A DNA stretch of 64,000 nucleotides from the human T2T-CHM13v2.0 reference genome, Homo sapiens (GCF_009914755.1 NC_060938.1), one strand, 5' to 3'. Shown: positions 1 through 15,351, counted from the first letter of the stretch. Numbers and translations are program-made. The notes: a model not told the origin generated them from the letters alone.

Positions 1-136
1 TTCATCCCTAACAGGAGTCATGAGGTTTATTAGGCTAGAGTCATATTTACCATGCCCATGTTTTCGGAGAATCTTATTTGTATCTTCAAAGCATATCTAA
101 TCATAGAATTCAAAATAATTTAGCTAAGGGTGTTAA

Positions 137-482
<346 letters not shown>

Positions 483-3400
483 TGACGCATTATATTAAAT
501 AGCTACTGCCATCATGGAGGTTTAACTTTACAAGGGACATTATGAATATATCAAAGAAAGGTCAAGTAGGTTAATCTGAATAGCATAATACTATGTATGC
601 AATGTAAAAAGTGTGTATATGCAATATTCTGTATAAAAAATCGCACTGCTAGTGATACATTGATGAGCTAAAAAAACATGGATTCTGTTGATTAGCAAAC
701 TATATTTTGGTTAATCACAAATGACTTTTATTTTAAAGCTCAAACCTGATATTCAGAAAGATATTTTGACTGTCTCTCTGTTTTTGGTCTTCATAAAACT
801 CTAAAATAGGAAGTTTGTCATCACCTCTTCTCTGAGCCTTTCCCTCCACTTCATTACCTTTCTGAATTCTCTGTCCCATGCTGAGTTCTTATTCCTGGCC
901 ACACTCCTTTTTTCCCTGTCTACTCCTGACATTGTGCTATTCCAGGTCCAGAATAACGTAAAAATTGCTTTTTAGGAAGCCCTCTATACTGCAATGCCAT
1001 TGCTTTCAAGTCCTGGAAAAAAAAAAAAAACTCTTCAGACCTCACTTTTAGTTTACCCAACAGAGGATATTCTATGTCTGGCTGACATTACATTTCTCTG
1101 AATTCAACAATTTGGACTCTAGACTTAAGAATCATTCTCTTATTTTCTAGACTATTAAGAGCCATGTTTCTGAGGGCCGGTCCCCCTGAAAGGAAGCCCA
1201 CATCTCTGATCTGTGAGGGTGTAAGTGTGCTTATGCATGAGAAGAATCTAAGTAGTGTGAACTGAGCAGGTGCAAAACCAAAAAACTTATGTGAATAATA
1301 AAGAGCCAATGATTTGGGAACAGCAAATCGCAAGTTTGATTAAAGTGTGTCCTTAGAAAATTAGCAAAAGTGTTAGCGACTGAAGACCATGTTATATCAT
1401 GAGCAACTATGTATGTAGCTAGCTCCTTGTAGCCACCGATATTTCTGTCCACAAGTAAATGTCAGAGGAAAAATATAGATGTTACAAACTATAAATATTA
1501 AAATAACAAAGAGTGACTCTTTTATCTGCTATGATAATTAAAGTAATTAAAGAATGATATCCAAATTCACATTTTTACAGTAATTTTATTTTTATTCTTT
1601 CTTTTTTGTCATGTTTCTAATTCTGCACATCAACTCCCGTGGAGACATAACCATTGCAAACTAAAGTGATTTTCTCTAAATGAAGACAACACAATTGAGT
1701 CTTCTGTGCTACCTAGGTTCACAGTCTATTTCTAGCCAACAGAAAGACATTTGACCAAAAATTCCAAAAGAGAATCAATAGGTAAATAAAGAGCCAGGAT
1801 TGGGTTCTCTAATTCCAAGGAAAAGCTCAATGAATCTTTTCCCTAGTATCTTAAGGCTTGTAAAACTTGAAATAGCTGCTTCCTATGGAACCGAGTTTGC
1901 ATTACTCTTGTTAATAGTTAAAACATGTTTTTTTAAAAAAATTAGTGTCTCAAAGACAAGCTAAGAGTGTCCTTAAGAAATATGATATGAAACTGAACCA
2001 GAATTAAGGCTAGGATTCTGTGATTTATTTGGGGGCTGGGGGGACAGTGGCACAGGGTGATGCCATCCACAGAAGAGTGAAAAAAAAATGAAGATAAGTA
2101 ATAACTACTGTAATAAAGAATCTCTAAGCACACAAACCAACATAGCAATGCCTCCTCTGTTAAACAAAAACATCATCTACCTTGAGAAATTTAAACTGAG
2201 ATGTATGCAGATAAGCACTTTTACTTTTAGTGAATATTCTGTTAATTCTTAAAAATACACTTTTGCATAAAAGGTTCTTTTTCTCCCTTCACTCTCAATG
2301 TGCTTCTCCAAAAGCCTGCATATCTGGAAATGTAAATAGATATCCATCCAGTTAAATATGAATTAATTAGACAAATCTGCTTTTACCTACATGCTGTGTG
2401 TAAAACAGCTTAAACGTACAACGAAGAGAAGAGAACAGAAGTGAAGAAGAAAAGAGGATTTAAAAGGGAAGCAATCCAAGACTTCCATTTTCTTACTTCA
2501 GATAAACATATTTAACACCCACAAATTATACAGGAAGTTTCAGACAGCTTTAAGTGAGCCCCACAGAATTATTTACTAACAGACCCAAAATGTACATTTT
2601 ACTGCCTTTAACTTCCCGATTATATTTTTAATTACTGTCAAAGTACCTTCTGCAGACTACAATATCATCGTGTGAAAACCACACATTTCCTTTTAGTTCC
2701 CCCTGCTCAGAAAAGTTCTACATTCATTTAATCCTGAATCTGATTTCATCGGTCTAAAATTTTGAGTGTGTTCAACTACAGAGTGTTTTCCTTTTAGAAA
2801 ACCTGAGACAATAACCAGAATTCATAGCAAGTTTTCCCATTCAACCAGACATTTCTTGAGGGAATTGCAAAAGCTCTGCGAAGAAACAGTTAATATGTAT
2901 ATATCTCTCTGAAATTGGCAAATGTCTTTTATTTCCTCTAATATTCTAGCCAGAGATCTGAGCTCATTTTTTCCTGTCCATAGGCTCAAAAAAAAAAAAA
3001 AAAAAAGGACTGTATTCGCTAATTATACATCCTGAAAAGAATTTGGTTCAGTGTAAGATGATCCTAGTGATATGCTAATCCCTTTTTCTGCTTGGTGCTG
3101 CCTGAAGCTTGTGTCTGACATTTTTTTCAACTGTATGACAATAAAAGTTCTGGCAACAAAAGAAATAAATGGGCAGCTAAAGAAGGTATAGCTAAACACA
3201 TGGCAGGCCGTCTCTCCCTCTCCTTCTGGCTGCTCTTTTGTAGCCTCCAGTTTGGTATCCTCAAGTCAATAGCCGAAATCCAGCCACCTTAGCAACTTAG
3301 TATGACACCCAAGCCCTCTCTCTTTACATTCATGAATAGTCAGCACCCAGCAGACAAAATAGAACTAATCTTTTTTGACAGAATTGTTCAATTTTAGAGG

Positions 3401-4131
3401 AAAAGCTTTTGAGTCTTCCACACATTTGCAGAATATGAGACAACAATGGCTGCAATCAAATTTTAAAAACAACAGTGGCCAACAGGGCTGGAAAAAAGTC
3501 TCTTTGAATTAAATAGCACATTCAGTCAGTCCCAGTGGTCATAAACTTGGGGCAAACATTCATTTCAATACGTGAAAGAAAGAGATAAACAAATGAAGAG
3601 TATATCCAACGGTCCCATTCTGAGCTTCATGCAGTAATTCCTTCTGCTGTGATACATGCGTATATATTTTTTCTATTTTCTTTCCTTTTCTTTTTTCATA
3701 GACTAATACAAATATCTTTCCTCTCGAAAATAATTTTGTTTGGGGGGGTGCCCAACAAGTCTCAGTTTAAAATGCTTTTTATTCAGCAACCTTTTGTAGT
3801 CATTTGAAAGCAATTTTACCATATAGAAATCCTCTAATGTATCAGTCACTCGCAAGTCTAACATGTGTTAAAAATGAATCTTCTCTCCATTCCAACCCCC
3901 TCTATTTAATACAAGGCATCTCTATACCTTTGGAGACAATATGAACAAGAAGAAAATTCTACCCAGTTCATGGCAAAAACAGAAGTTAGCAACATGGTCC
4001 ATGCAGCTGCAACATTGCATTTAAAATTCAGTTTCCTCATAGGAAGAGGGCTAATCCTGCCCCCGTAATTCCCTACAGCCAAAATGTGCCCCCTCCCCGC
4101 GTGACAGTGCAATGCAAAGACACTAGCACGC

Positions 4132-4199
4132 TTATCTTGCCTAACCAGATGGCCGACTTGGATCAATGCACACACACCACGATCAATGGGAGAGATAAA
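4132..4199 (-). promoter_or_regulatory. Candidate GATA/E-box (TAL1-GATA type) composite site
   Basis: TTATCT-N8-CAGATG at 4132-4151 (CATCTG-N8-AGATAA on minus), second AGATAA near 4193; unique DNA with retained CpGs. Confidence 0.4.
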
Positions 4200-6299
4200 G
4201 AATTAGGAAAACAGTGGTACATGCTCCCAGAAAGCTTGTACACTGCATAATTATTTTATGATTCTACACATGGCTACATGTGATACTGAAGTAGAGAAGG
4301 AAAGGATAATTAGAGTGCCAGGAAGAATTTTGTAGTAGACTACACTTTGTCTGTCAGCACTTCCCACTCTAGCAAACTCACTGCCCTTATCTGAAAGTGA
4401 ATTTAGAAAAACATGAGCGAAAATGTCAGGGAAGGTATTTCCATTTTTGCCAGGTCCTGTCACGTCCCAAAGTTTAGTTCAAAGCCTGAGGAGGCTTCCT
4501 GGGATTTGGATATGCCTCTCATCATTAGCCACCCCTAGCTGCCCAGCCAAGGAAACCCACAGATAATAGTTGAATGTGATGCAGACTGTAACCAGGAAGA
4601 ATTTGGTCTCCAAGTGATTCAGGCAAGTTCATTCAGTAAAATAGAGCAGGACGAGGCAGTCCCTTAATTTCTGTTTCCTGATTGGCTAACCAAAGCAATG
4701 TTTTTCAGCAGGTTGGTTACGCACTTGAGACTAAGAAAAAAATAGGAACCCACATCCCTGTCACTCAGCCAGGTAATAAGGAAAGTATATGAGGCTCTGA
4801 AGCTGGCACATTGCTACTTTATCCTGAATTCAGACCAAGATCATAAACCAGAACAATAAACCACTGTAATTCCCCACTATGGTCATGTATTAATCAGAAA
4901 AAAAACAAAATGTTCCTTCAGCTCTTAGTACATGGTGGGTACTTATTAAATGATTATATTATTATTGTAAATATGAATAATCCTTTACCCTGTACTATTC
5001 CAACGTGTTACTCTCTTTTCACCTTGCATTAGATGCAACTAAAAATAGTGTTAGATTTTCCTTTGGATTTGAGACTCAGCTTGCATGCTAATTAAAACAT
5101 TCAATGAACTTTTTACACCATTTTTTTTTTTATGTAAAGAGAGACAGGAACTGAAATCTGGAATTAGACACAGCTCTCCACCACTGTCAACCTCAAAAAT
5201 CCTGTGGGTAAGCTAGTCATTCTAAGTAGCCTATTACATTTGAAATAGAGCAAATATTCAATATCCAAATAATTAAAATCACTATAAATTATTTCCTAAG
5301 GATAAATAAAATATAGGTTGGGTAAAAATTCAAAGGGAAAAATATTGACAATTGTGAAAAGCCATAGCCACCCTCTTTGTAAGTTATTTTAGTTGGGATA
5401 AATATTATGCTCTAAATTTTCATATGACTCCCTTGTTCTCTGTGGAGTTGTTTTGTTACATTATCCCTGGCCTATAACATTTCTCTCCTCAATGTTGGTA
5501 CAAAACGGATAGCTATATATAAGTAGCACTTAGCTTTGCTGCCCATTATCAGATTTGGAGAAAGAGCCTGGGTTAGGAATATGATGCATATTACCATATC
5601 TATTTTCAGTTCAAAACCCTTTAAAGGCAGGGCCATCATTTTACCTTTTAGGGCTTATTTTTCTTTTCTCTGAGACTAAAAAAGGTAAGTGTAAACATGC
5701 AGTATGACAGACTCATTGAGGCTCTTGCTGTAAAAATTGATTCTGCATGTACTATATTTTATACCATGTAGTTGAGCTTGCAAGATGGAGGGAAACTTTT
5801 GGATGTTGGGGTAAAGGGGAAGTTCATGAGTTGGAACTGGAACTTGTGAGTAGAAAGAGCATGCCGGGTTTCTCTGAGGGCAGGACCGAGGTGGACTCAA
5901 CTTTGGGCTGGGTCCTGCCATTAAACCAGAAAACCTGGTAGGAAATGGTGTGCCCTCAGCTCAGTAGTTCTCCTGGATCTCTTTCAAAGCAAATCCAAAT
6001 TCTGTCAGAAGTAAACCATCATCAGGTTAGACTCCCAGGTTTTCAGGGGATTAAGATTAATGAAATCTAATCTTACAACCAAAGATCACCAATCCCACAG
6101 GAAAATAATCCTCTGTAAGCGAGAGTCAGCAAAAAACAATAAATAACAGACTTGGATCTTCTAGGATGAAATTATCAGAATTTGTCAGATACAGAATGCA
6201 AAATAAACAGGTATAAAATGTTTTTAAAAATTAAAATAGGAATCACTAAAATGCATTAACAATAAGAAACTATCAAAATGACAGTAGGTTTGAAAATGA

Positions 6300-9060
6300 A
6301 CCAAATAGTACTTTTATTTTTTCAAACTGATTGAGAAATAATTTAATACAATACAGTGCACCCATTTTAAGGGTACAGTTCAAAGAGTTTTGACAAATGT
6401 ATATATCTGTGAAACCATCACCACCAGCAGAATGCAGACTATCCCCATCAACTGAAAATGGTACCTCATGCTTCTTTGCAGTGATTCCTCCCTCCACTCC
6501 TGGTCCCAGGCAACCCCTGATTTGGCTTATGTCACTATAACACACCTTGCATTTTCTAGAATATTATATAAATGGAATCATACAATTTGTACATCTTTGG
6601 ATCTGGTGTCTTTGACTCAGCATATTGATTTTTGAGTTTCACTCATTTTGTTGTGTATATCAGTAGTTCATTCCTTTTTGTTACTAAGTAATATTCCATT
6701 ATTTGGATATACCATGTTTTGTTTATCCATTGCCCAATTAGTGGATGTTTGAGTTGTTTCCAGTTTTTGCCTATTATAAATAAAAGTGTAAAGAACATCC
6801 TTGTAAAAGTCTTTGTATGAACATACGTTTTCATTACTCTTGGGTAAACACCTAGTAGTAGAATGGCTGGGTCTTACAGTAGGTATATGCTTAACTTTTG
6901 AAAAATTGCCAAAATGTTTTCCAAGGTGATTGTACTGTTTTACATTCTTACTAGTAGTGTATGAGAGTTCCAGTTGCCCCATGTCCTCTTCAACACTTGA
7001 TGTTGTCAGTCTTAATTTTAGCCATTCTAATAAGTGTGTTATAGAATCTCATTATAGTTTTAATTTGCATTTCTCTATGATGAATGATATGTTTATTCAC
7101 CATCCATATCTTATTTTGTGAACTGTTTGTTCAAATCTCTTTCCCACTTAAAATTTTTTTGTTTTATTGATTTGCAAGAGTTATTTTTGCATATATAAAA
7201 TGGGAGAAAGAACATTTTCTTCCATTCTGTGATTCACTTTTTGTTTATTTAATGGTGTATTTTGAAGAACAAACATTTTAAATTTTGATAAAGTCCAATT
7301 TATCAATTCTATGTTTTATACCGTGTGCCTTTTTATAGCTTATGTAAGAAATATTTGCCTATCCCAAGTTTGCAAAGATTTTTTTCCTCTACATTTTGTT
7401 TTAAAAATTTTATAATTTCACCTTTTACATTTAGGTAGGTGATCTATTTTAGGTTAACTTTAGTGTATGAGGTAAGATAAAAGTCTGTGTTTAATTTTTT
7501 TCCCATTCAGATAATCAATTATTCCAGCACCATTTGTTGAAGAGATTTTTCCATTCCCTATTGGATTTCCTGGCACCTTTATTGAAACATCAATTAATCA
7601 TATATATGGGTCTATTTCTGACTCCCTATTCTGTTTTATTGATCTATATATTTATCCTCTCATCAATTAAATTTTGTGATTTTATAGTAAGTGGAAATCA
7701 AGTAATGTTATTTTCCTATTTTTAATTTTTTTTATTTTCAGTTTTTGTGAGTACATAGTAGGTGTATATATTTATGGGGTATGTTTTGATACAGGCATAC
7801 AATGCAAAATAATCACATCAGGGATAATGGGGTATTCAACCTCTCAAGCATTTATCCTTTGTGTTACCAACAATTCAATTCTACTCTTTTAGTTATTTTT
7901 AAATGTACAATTAAGTTATTATTGACTATAGTCACCTTGTTGTGCTATCAAATAGTAGGTCTTATTTATTCTTTCTAACTTATTCATTCTTTCCAACTTT
8001 TTGTGTACCATTAACCATCACCCGCCACCCCCATACTAGCCCCCAACTACCCTTCCTGACCTCTGGTAACCATCCTTCTACTCTCTGTGTCCATGAGTTC
8101 AATTGTTTTGATTTTTAGATCCTGCAGATAAGTGAGAACATGTGATGTTTGCCTTTCTGTGCCTGGCTTATTTCACTTAACATAATGATCTCCAGTTCCA
8201 TCCATGTTGTTGCAAATGACTACATCTCATTCTTTTTTATGGCTGAATAGTATTCCATTATGTATATGTACCACATTTTCTTTATCCATTCATCTGTTGA
8301 TGAGCACTTAGTTTGCTTCCAAATCTTAGCTATTCTGAACAGTGCTGCAACAAACATGGAGTGCAGATATCTCTTCAATATACTGATCTCCTTTAATTTC
8401 CAGTTGCTTGAGACTAGTATATAAATATATAATTGATTTTGTTATATTAACGTTGCATCTTATGATCTTACTAAATTTACTTATTAATTCTAATTGTTGT
8501 GTTCTAGATTCCTTAGAATTTTCTATATAAATAATCATGTCTTTAGCAAATAAGGAATTTTAATTCTTTCCTATCTAATATTTATGACTTTTATTTATTT
8601 ATCTTGTCTTATTGCAATGGCGAGAGCCCCCAGTAAAATGTTAAGTAGAAGTAGTGAGAACAAACATCTGTACAATGTTCCCAATCCCAGAGGGAAAGCA
8701 TTCAATTTCTTATCATTAAGCATATTAGCTGTAGGTTTCCTATGAATGCCCTTTGTTGAATTAAAGAATTTCCCTTTTCCTAATTTGCTGACAGTTATTT
8801 AAAATCATAAATTGATGTTGAATTCTGTCAAAAGCTTTTTATGACTATGGAAATTATTATATGTCTTTTCTCCTTTAATTGTGATTAAATACATCCCTTG
8901 TATTCCTGGGATAAACCTTCCTTGGTCATAATGTGTTCATTTTAAAAATACATTGTTGAATATGATTTATTAATATTTTTGTAAGAATTTTTGCTGCGAG
9001 TTTAGAAGGGATATTGATGTTGTATTTTCCTGTTGTTTTATTTTTTACAATGTCCTTGTC
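6300..9060 (-). mobile_element. Old LINE-1 (L1M) 3' end and ORF2 remnant
   Basis: Minus-strand ORFs resemble the L1 ORF2 C-terminus (MKTYVHTKTFTRMF..., MIIYIENSKES...); typical T-rich L1 antisense composition. Confidence 0.9.
7720..8390 (-). mobile_element. Nested L1MA/L1PB-like 3' end inside the older L1
   Basis: L1 3'UTR motifs (gtacatagtaggtgtatatatttatgggg ... tggcttatttcacttaacataatg ... gtgcagatatctc) interrupt the surrounding L1M. Confidence 0.85.
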
Positions 9061-9594
9061 CATGTCAGTAGGGACATGATAGCTGTATAGCAGTGTGCTT
9101 ATTTATTAGCTCTATATATTTATAATAAAACCCACAAAGGCTCAAGTCTGAAATATAAAAGGTACAGTCTTTTAAAGGAACTGTTTATTAGGAATAAACT
9201 GTGAAGAGGATGTGTTATTAAGGCCTCTGCTGAAATGTTAATGCAGAGGCCTTCCTGACCACCCTATCTAATATAATACTATCTGTTCATCAATCTTAGT
9301 TTCTTGCCATATTTTATTTTTCTTCATAACCCTCATCATGACCCAATGTGCTATATATTCACTTGTTTATTTGCTATGGTCTGTCTTCCCCATTAACATG
9401 TAAACTCCATGAGAAAAACATCCTGCCTGCACCCCCCCAACCCCCCACTTTTTTTTTTTTTTTACTTATCTCAACTCTTGGCTATTGTCTAGGATGGATT
9501 CTGGTGGATTTCCTCAAATATCTAGGATGTTGAGAAAGACTGCAAGAAAAATAAAGAACTGACCTTCCAATTGAAATGAGATGCCAAAAGACTG

Positions 9595-9790
9595 TGTGCT
9601 CTGGAGCCAGACTGCCTAGATTTGAATCCTGGCTGCACCATGTACTAACTACATGACCTTAGGCAAATTACTAAATTAGTTTTTGCTTCAGTTTTTCAAT
9701 CTGTAAAATAGGCTATAGCACCCACCTCAAAAGGTTGTTATGAGAATTAAGTAAATTGATACATGTGAAACATTAAGAGCCTGACATCTC
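9595..9790 (+). mobile_element. MIR
   Basis: ggagccagactgcct...tttgaatcctggct...gcttcagtttttcaatctgtaaaat core. Confidence 0.8.
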
Positions 9791-10109
9791 CGTTAGAGAT
9801 CATAATAAATGGTCTCTAAATGTTTACAAAGTAAGTGATATGCATACCTTTCAGGTGGCCATGCATCTCTCCTGGACCCTTGGAATCAGAAGTTGGGCTG
9901 CCTTCACATCACGTATTCTTCTGGTGCATGCACTGCCAATCTTAGCTGCTTGATGCGTCTCCCGATCCATGCCTCAGCTCTAGAGTTGCAGTCCTTCCTC
10001 TAATGAAGATCAAAGTTTGCATTATCATTTCATGTCTGATAGGATGTTCCTTCTTTCTAAGATTTTTTATTTTATAAAGGTGTAATTTATATTTTTAAAA
10101 AATATCTTT

Positions 10110-10300
10110 TCTTTTTTTAACTTTTATGTTAAGCTCAGGGGTGCAAGTGCAGGTTTGTTACATAGGTAAACCTGTGTCATGGGGGTTTGTTGTACAGATC
10201 CTTTCATCACCCAGGTATTAAGCCTAGTACCCATTAATTATTTTTCCTGATCCTCTTCCTCCTCCCACCCTTTCACCCTCCAAAAGGCCCAAGTGTGTGC
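10110..10300 (-). mobile_element. L1PA-type 3' end fragment
   Basis: gtgcaggtttgttacataggtaaac...cccaggtattaagcctagtaccc L1PA 3'UTR. Confidence 0.85.
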
Positions 10301-11224
10301 TATCCATTTAAGCTGTACCTGAATGGGTACAATTAAGGTGTATCCCAGTTTAGATAGTCCACAGCAATGAAATCTAAATGAGGTTCTTTTATGAATAAAC
10401 TATTGGAAAATATCTGAATAACACCATGAGGGAATTTATATATAGAATGACTGACAATTAACTTAGATGTACCATGGTCTCATGTCAATATGAACTCTCC
10501 TTCCCTAGAGAGTTGATGGTGGACATCTTCTGCCAGGGTACTGCCTGTAGTTGTCTAGAGGTTTTACTGGGTCCCTCTGAGAATTGCTCCGTGTACTTTT
10601 ATAGTACAAAAGGTTGCTGCCCTAACAGCAAGAAATGCCCTCTGTTGCTTCTGCTTTGTCAATACTTCCACCATTTATTTGCCATACACATTCCATACAA
10701 TGCTAGGCTTCTCTCTCTTAGCTTATCAACTTCATGGCTGCTGAGCAAGAGGCAAATCTTTCTCAGTGGAGGAAACTATTTACTAAGTCCATTTAAAATC
10801 GAGCTAATATGAAGGATACTCCCTCCTCCAGAAAGTGAAAACAAACCTTACTGTAGTTTTTCCATTTTCCACTTCAGAGTATCCTCTTGGATGAAAGAAA
10901 AGAACTAGGAGAAAAGATGCTATTCAGCAATAAAATACCACCTACTTCTCTATTAACTTTTTGTTAATGATGATATGTGTTACATTTGTTTAAAAAAGTC
11001 TAGCCAGAATTTATGAAAAATTAAGTAACTCAGCTTTTATTTCCATCATATCTATGGGGCAGACTAGTTAGTTGCAAGTAGGATTAAAATGTTGCTTCCT
11101 TCCATTCTGGACACCTTAGGTCGTCCCTGTACTAAACTCATCCTTAAGGACATGGTTCTTAGAAGATCAACTCTTTTAAGTTTAGTCCCTCTTAAATTTC
11201 TTAATAATAATAATTTCAATAATC

Positions 11225-11505
11225 TTTTTTTTCTCCCAGAGACCAAGTCTCATTCTGTCATCCAGGTGCATCTTGGCTCACTGCAACCTCTGCCTCCTGG
11301 GTTCAAGTGATTCTCCTGCCTCAGTCTCCTGAGTAGCTGGGATTACAGACACCCACCACCATGTCTGGCTAAAGTTTATATTTTTAGTAGAGACAGGATA
11401 TTGCCATGTTGGCCAGGCTGGTCTGAAACTCCTGACCTCAGGTTATCTACCCACCTTGGCCTCCCAAAGTGCTGAAATTACAAGCGTGAGCCACCGCACC
11501 TGGCC
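11225..11505 (-). mobile_element. AluS
   Basis: Reverse Alu; TSD caataatctt on both sides. Confidence 0.95.
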
Positions 11506-11889
11506 TCTTCCAATAATCTTTAGATATCTAAGCCTGTAGTGGAAGAATCCAAAGAGACTGATCCATGGTCTAGCTAGGGATTGGCCTCAACTCCACAGTG
11601 TAGATATTTAAAAACAAAACCAGAAAACCCTACATAAGCTCTGAATCTAAGGTGTGGGATGGGCCTTAAGGTCCCAGAATGATAAGTTATTGCTAATTCT
11701 ATGAAGTCTTATCTTTCATTGAAGAAAAACCTTATTCCTAATATACTGCTAGATGCACTGAAATGCTATTTTCTATAAAGATCCACAAAAATGTAATCAA
11801 ATAAGAAAAAAGATTAGACTTATTGTCCAATAATCTTCAGTCTTATTGCCTTGTTTCTGTAAATACTTATACTAGGCATATCTATCATT

Positions 11890-12720
11890 GCCTTTCCTGG
11901 CATGGTCCCTGCTCAGAGGCCATAAGTTATATTAACCCATCCCACGGGCACAGCTGATGATCAGAGTCAGACATCTGACCAATGGGACCCACCCATTTCT
12001 TTATCTTGTGAATTTGAACTAAGAGACAAACAGAGCAATTGCTAGAACTGGAAGGCCATTGGACACAGGAGTGGTGCCATGTTTTGCCACATGTGAGATG
12101 AGTAGACACTGCGTGATATGGTTGGGCTGTGTCCCCACCCAAATCTCATCTTGAATTGTAGCTCCCATAATTCCCACACGTCATGGGAAGGACCCAGTGG
12201 GAGGTAATTGAATCATGTGGTGGGTCTTTCCCATGCTGTTCTCATGACACTAAATAAGTCTCCCGAGATCTGACGGTTTTATAAAGGGGAATTCCCCTGC
12301 ACAAGCTCTCTTGCCTACCACCATGTAAGACATCTCTTTGCTCTTCCTTCGTCTTCCACCATGACTGTGAGGCTTCCCTAGCCATGTGGAACTGTGAGTC
12401 CATTGAACCTCTTTCCTTTATAAATTACCCAGTCTCAGATATATCTTTATTAGCAGCATGAGAACAGACTAATACACTGCGAGTCAGTCAATATAGAGAA
12501 GCAGGCAAACAGAGAAGATGCTGGAGAAAAGTAAAGACAAGAGATCTGCAGCCTAAGACAGAACAGACTTCATTTCTGAGGCTTTCCAGTCACTACAATA
12601 CCACATTCAGCTTGATTTTCTATCCTCAGAGTCTGTAAGAACTAGATCTGTAATAAACTGCCTTTTATTTGTACCAGCTTGAGTGGGTTTATGTTACCTG
12701 CAAACAATAGAGCTTTGAAA
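11890..12720 (+). mobile_element. Old MLT1-type MaLR LTR split by a THE1 insertion
   Basis: MLT1-like 3' end (aataaactgccttttatt...ttgagtgggtttatgttacctgcaa) and a degenerate 5' part flank the THE1. Confidence 0.55.
12114..12476 (+). mobile_element. THE1 (THE1B-like) solo LTR
   Basis: tgatatgg...gtgtccccacccaaatctcatc start, ...cagactaataca end, 5-bp TSD ctgcg. Confidence 0.95.
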
Positions 12721-13344
12721 ACAGCATAGCTTTCAGTGCTTGAGAGCAGGCTTGGTGTCTTATTCAGCTCCACAGACCGACCAGAAGAGCACAGTGACAG
12801 ATACACAGTGAGGACTTGGCAAATGGGTTGAAATTCATGACTGTGACTATTTTTTTTATTTTCAATCTTTCTAAGTGTTTTCTACCATACAATTTCACTC
12901 ACCCTTAGAGTAACCCTGTTATGTTTATTTTCTTTAACAACAGAAAAATAAAGTTCCAAAAACCCACCAGTTTTATAAGTAAGAAGAAGGATTATGCATA
13001 GAGTCATTTGGGGGCAACAGGAAGGCCTCATAGCCACACTTCTCTCTTCCTTATCTTGTCGTTTCTGAAATATCATTAGAATTATTCCTGAAGTCACTTC
13101 GATCTTCCAAGTCTCTTACTGAAATACAAATATCTAGGCCAGTATTTCCCAAAATGTGTTCTGCAGAATTCCAATCTCTCAAGATCTTCCATGGAAAAAT
13201 AAGGGACAGAGACAAATGAGTAGGGAGCCACAGTATTCTATATTCTTATCTTGAGAGTCCCAAGGCCCTGTAGCATACTAAAGGCTCTGAGAAGTCTCAC
13301 GGTAAAAAAATGGTACTTCTGCTAGTTTCGGGGCAGGTGAATAT

Positions 13345-13535
13345 GGCACAGTCATTAAGGACACTGTCTGGCTTAGAACTGTGACTCTGCCACCCAACAG
13401 TTGTGTGACTTAGACAAAGTGAAGATTATAGTAGCCCCTCCCTCACAGGGGGTATTGGGACAATTCAATAAGGTGATGAGTATAAAACACTTAGCCCCTG
13501 ACCAGCTCTAAGAAGTACTTAAAATGTTAGCTGTT
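13345..13535 (+). mobile_element. MIR
   Basis: tgtgtgacttagacaaag...tataaaacacttagc...aaatgttagct. Confidence 0.6.
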
Positions 13536-13538
13536 TTT

Positions 13539-13613
13539 AGTGAGCCGAGATTGCGCCACTGCACTCCAGCCCGGGTGACAGAGCGAGACTCCGTCTCAAA
13601 AAAAAAAAAAAAA
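13539..13613 (+). mobile_element. Severely 5'-truncated young Alu (AluY-like 3' end)
   Basis: gtgagccgagattgcgccactgcactccagcccgggtgacagagcgagactccgtctc plus pure polyA; TSD gttagctgttttta; CpGs largely intact. Confidence 0.93.
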
Positions 13614-13920
13614 GTTAGCTGTTTTTATTATTAATGTCGCATTTTCTAAACTTAGACTGTGCCTGTTAAACGCAAATCACCTATTGACACCTCTCAGACT
13701 GCATTCTTTGGGGGATATTAGGAGGAAGAAAAGCTATTTAAGAAAGAAAGGGACCAAGAACCACTGAAATGGAAGGGAGTGAAATGAACAAAGGTGACTT
13801 TGCTAATTTATAATTCTGTTTAATTTAGCAATTGTAAATTTAGATATAGCCTTCTTTCTAATCCTAGTACAGTGCTAGGCTTACAGCAGGCATTTAATAA
13901 AAAGATCTGCCATTTAATTA

Positions 13921-14267
<347 letters not shown>

Positions 14268-15351
14268 TTAACTCTGCTGTGTGCTGTTATCTTCCTTCTT
14301 CAGAGCAAGAAAAACTTCCTGATCTAGAAAAAATCCTAGAAAGTACTGGCAATCCAGACGTTATAAAGTGGCCTTAGAGTTAGTCCAGAGCCACAGAAAT
14401 ACTTTCAGTGCTCCAGAGATGGCAAAGTGAAGGTAAAAGCATCTTCCTCACCATTTCTTACTTTCTTCAGGCTCTGAACATAAGGCCAAACTCCAGCACC
14501 AGCACTAAAGCAAAGTAAAACAGCAACAGCCCTGCTAGTTAGAAAACAAAGGGTAAACAAGTAGAGACTAGACTGATCCTAGCTTTGCTGCAGTTTTAAC
14601 TGCTTTTGTGTTGAGGCTATACACAGGGGTGTAACTAGTGTTACCTCAGTCTTATATAACAAATTAGCAGCATCTTTTCAAAAGAAAAATGATAATAACT
14701 CGGTGGGGAAAAAATGTAAAAGGCCTTTCATTGTATTGTTTCAGATACACCCAAATGAAGAACATATAATTAAGGGTAGAGAAACCCAGCTCTGGCTGAA
14801 GTTTGATAAATATCTCCAACTCTCAAACCAGTCTGCAAGTGTTCACTTCTCATTAAATGTGTCATTGCTTTTGTGGCCAGCACCTCTCCTTTGCTTTTCG
14901 TGAGATAGACAGGCAGACTCTCAGACACAATGATGCATACAGAGGAAATTTACGATGGCCATTCAAATATATTAACTCTTCAAAAGCCCCTTATGTGTGC
15001 TACATCTCTCATCATGGGCAGGTACAGGAAAGCGAATACACACTAAGGGCTTGAGAATGCATGGGAAGAAGGAAGACTAAACAGTTAAAGACAGTATGCA
15101 TTGGAGTGGAGAGCATGGATTTTATTTATTTATTTATTTTTTACTTCAAATATATAATTTTTTATTTTTTCCTTTTTCTTGCACAAAGGTAGCATATTAC
15201 ATGCTCTTTGTACTTCACCTTTTTTACTTAATAATATCTCTGGAAATCACTCCATATCTGTTGATAGAGATTTTCTTCTTTCTTTGTTTTTTTTTTCTTT
15301 TCTTTTCTTTTTCTTTTTTTTTTTGGTGTCTACATAATTCATAGTCATGTT

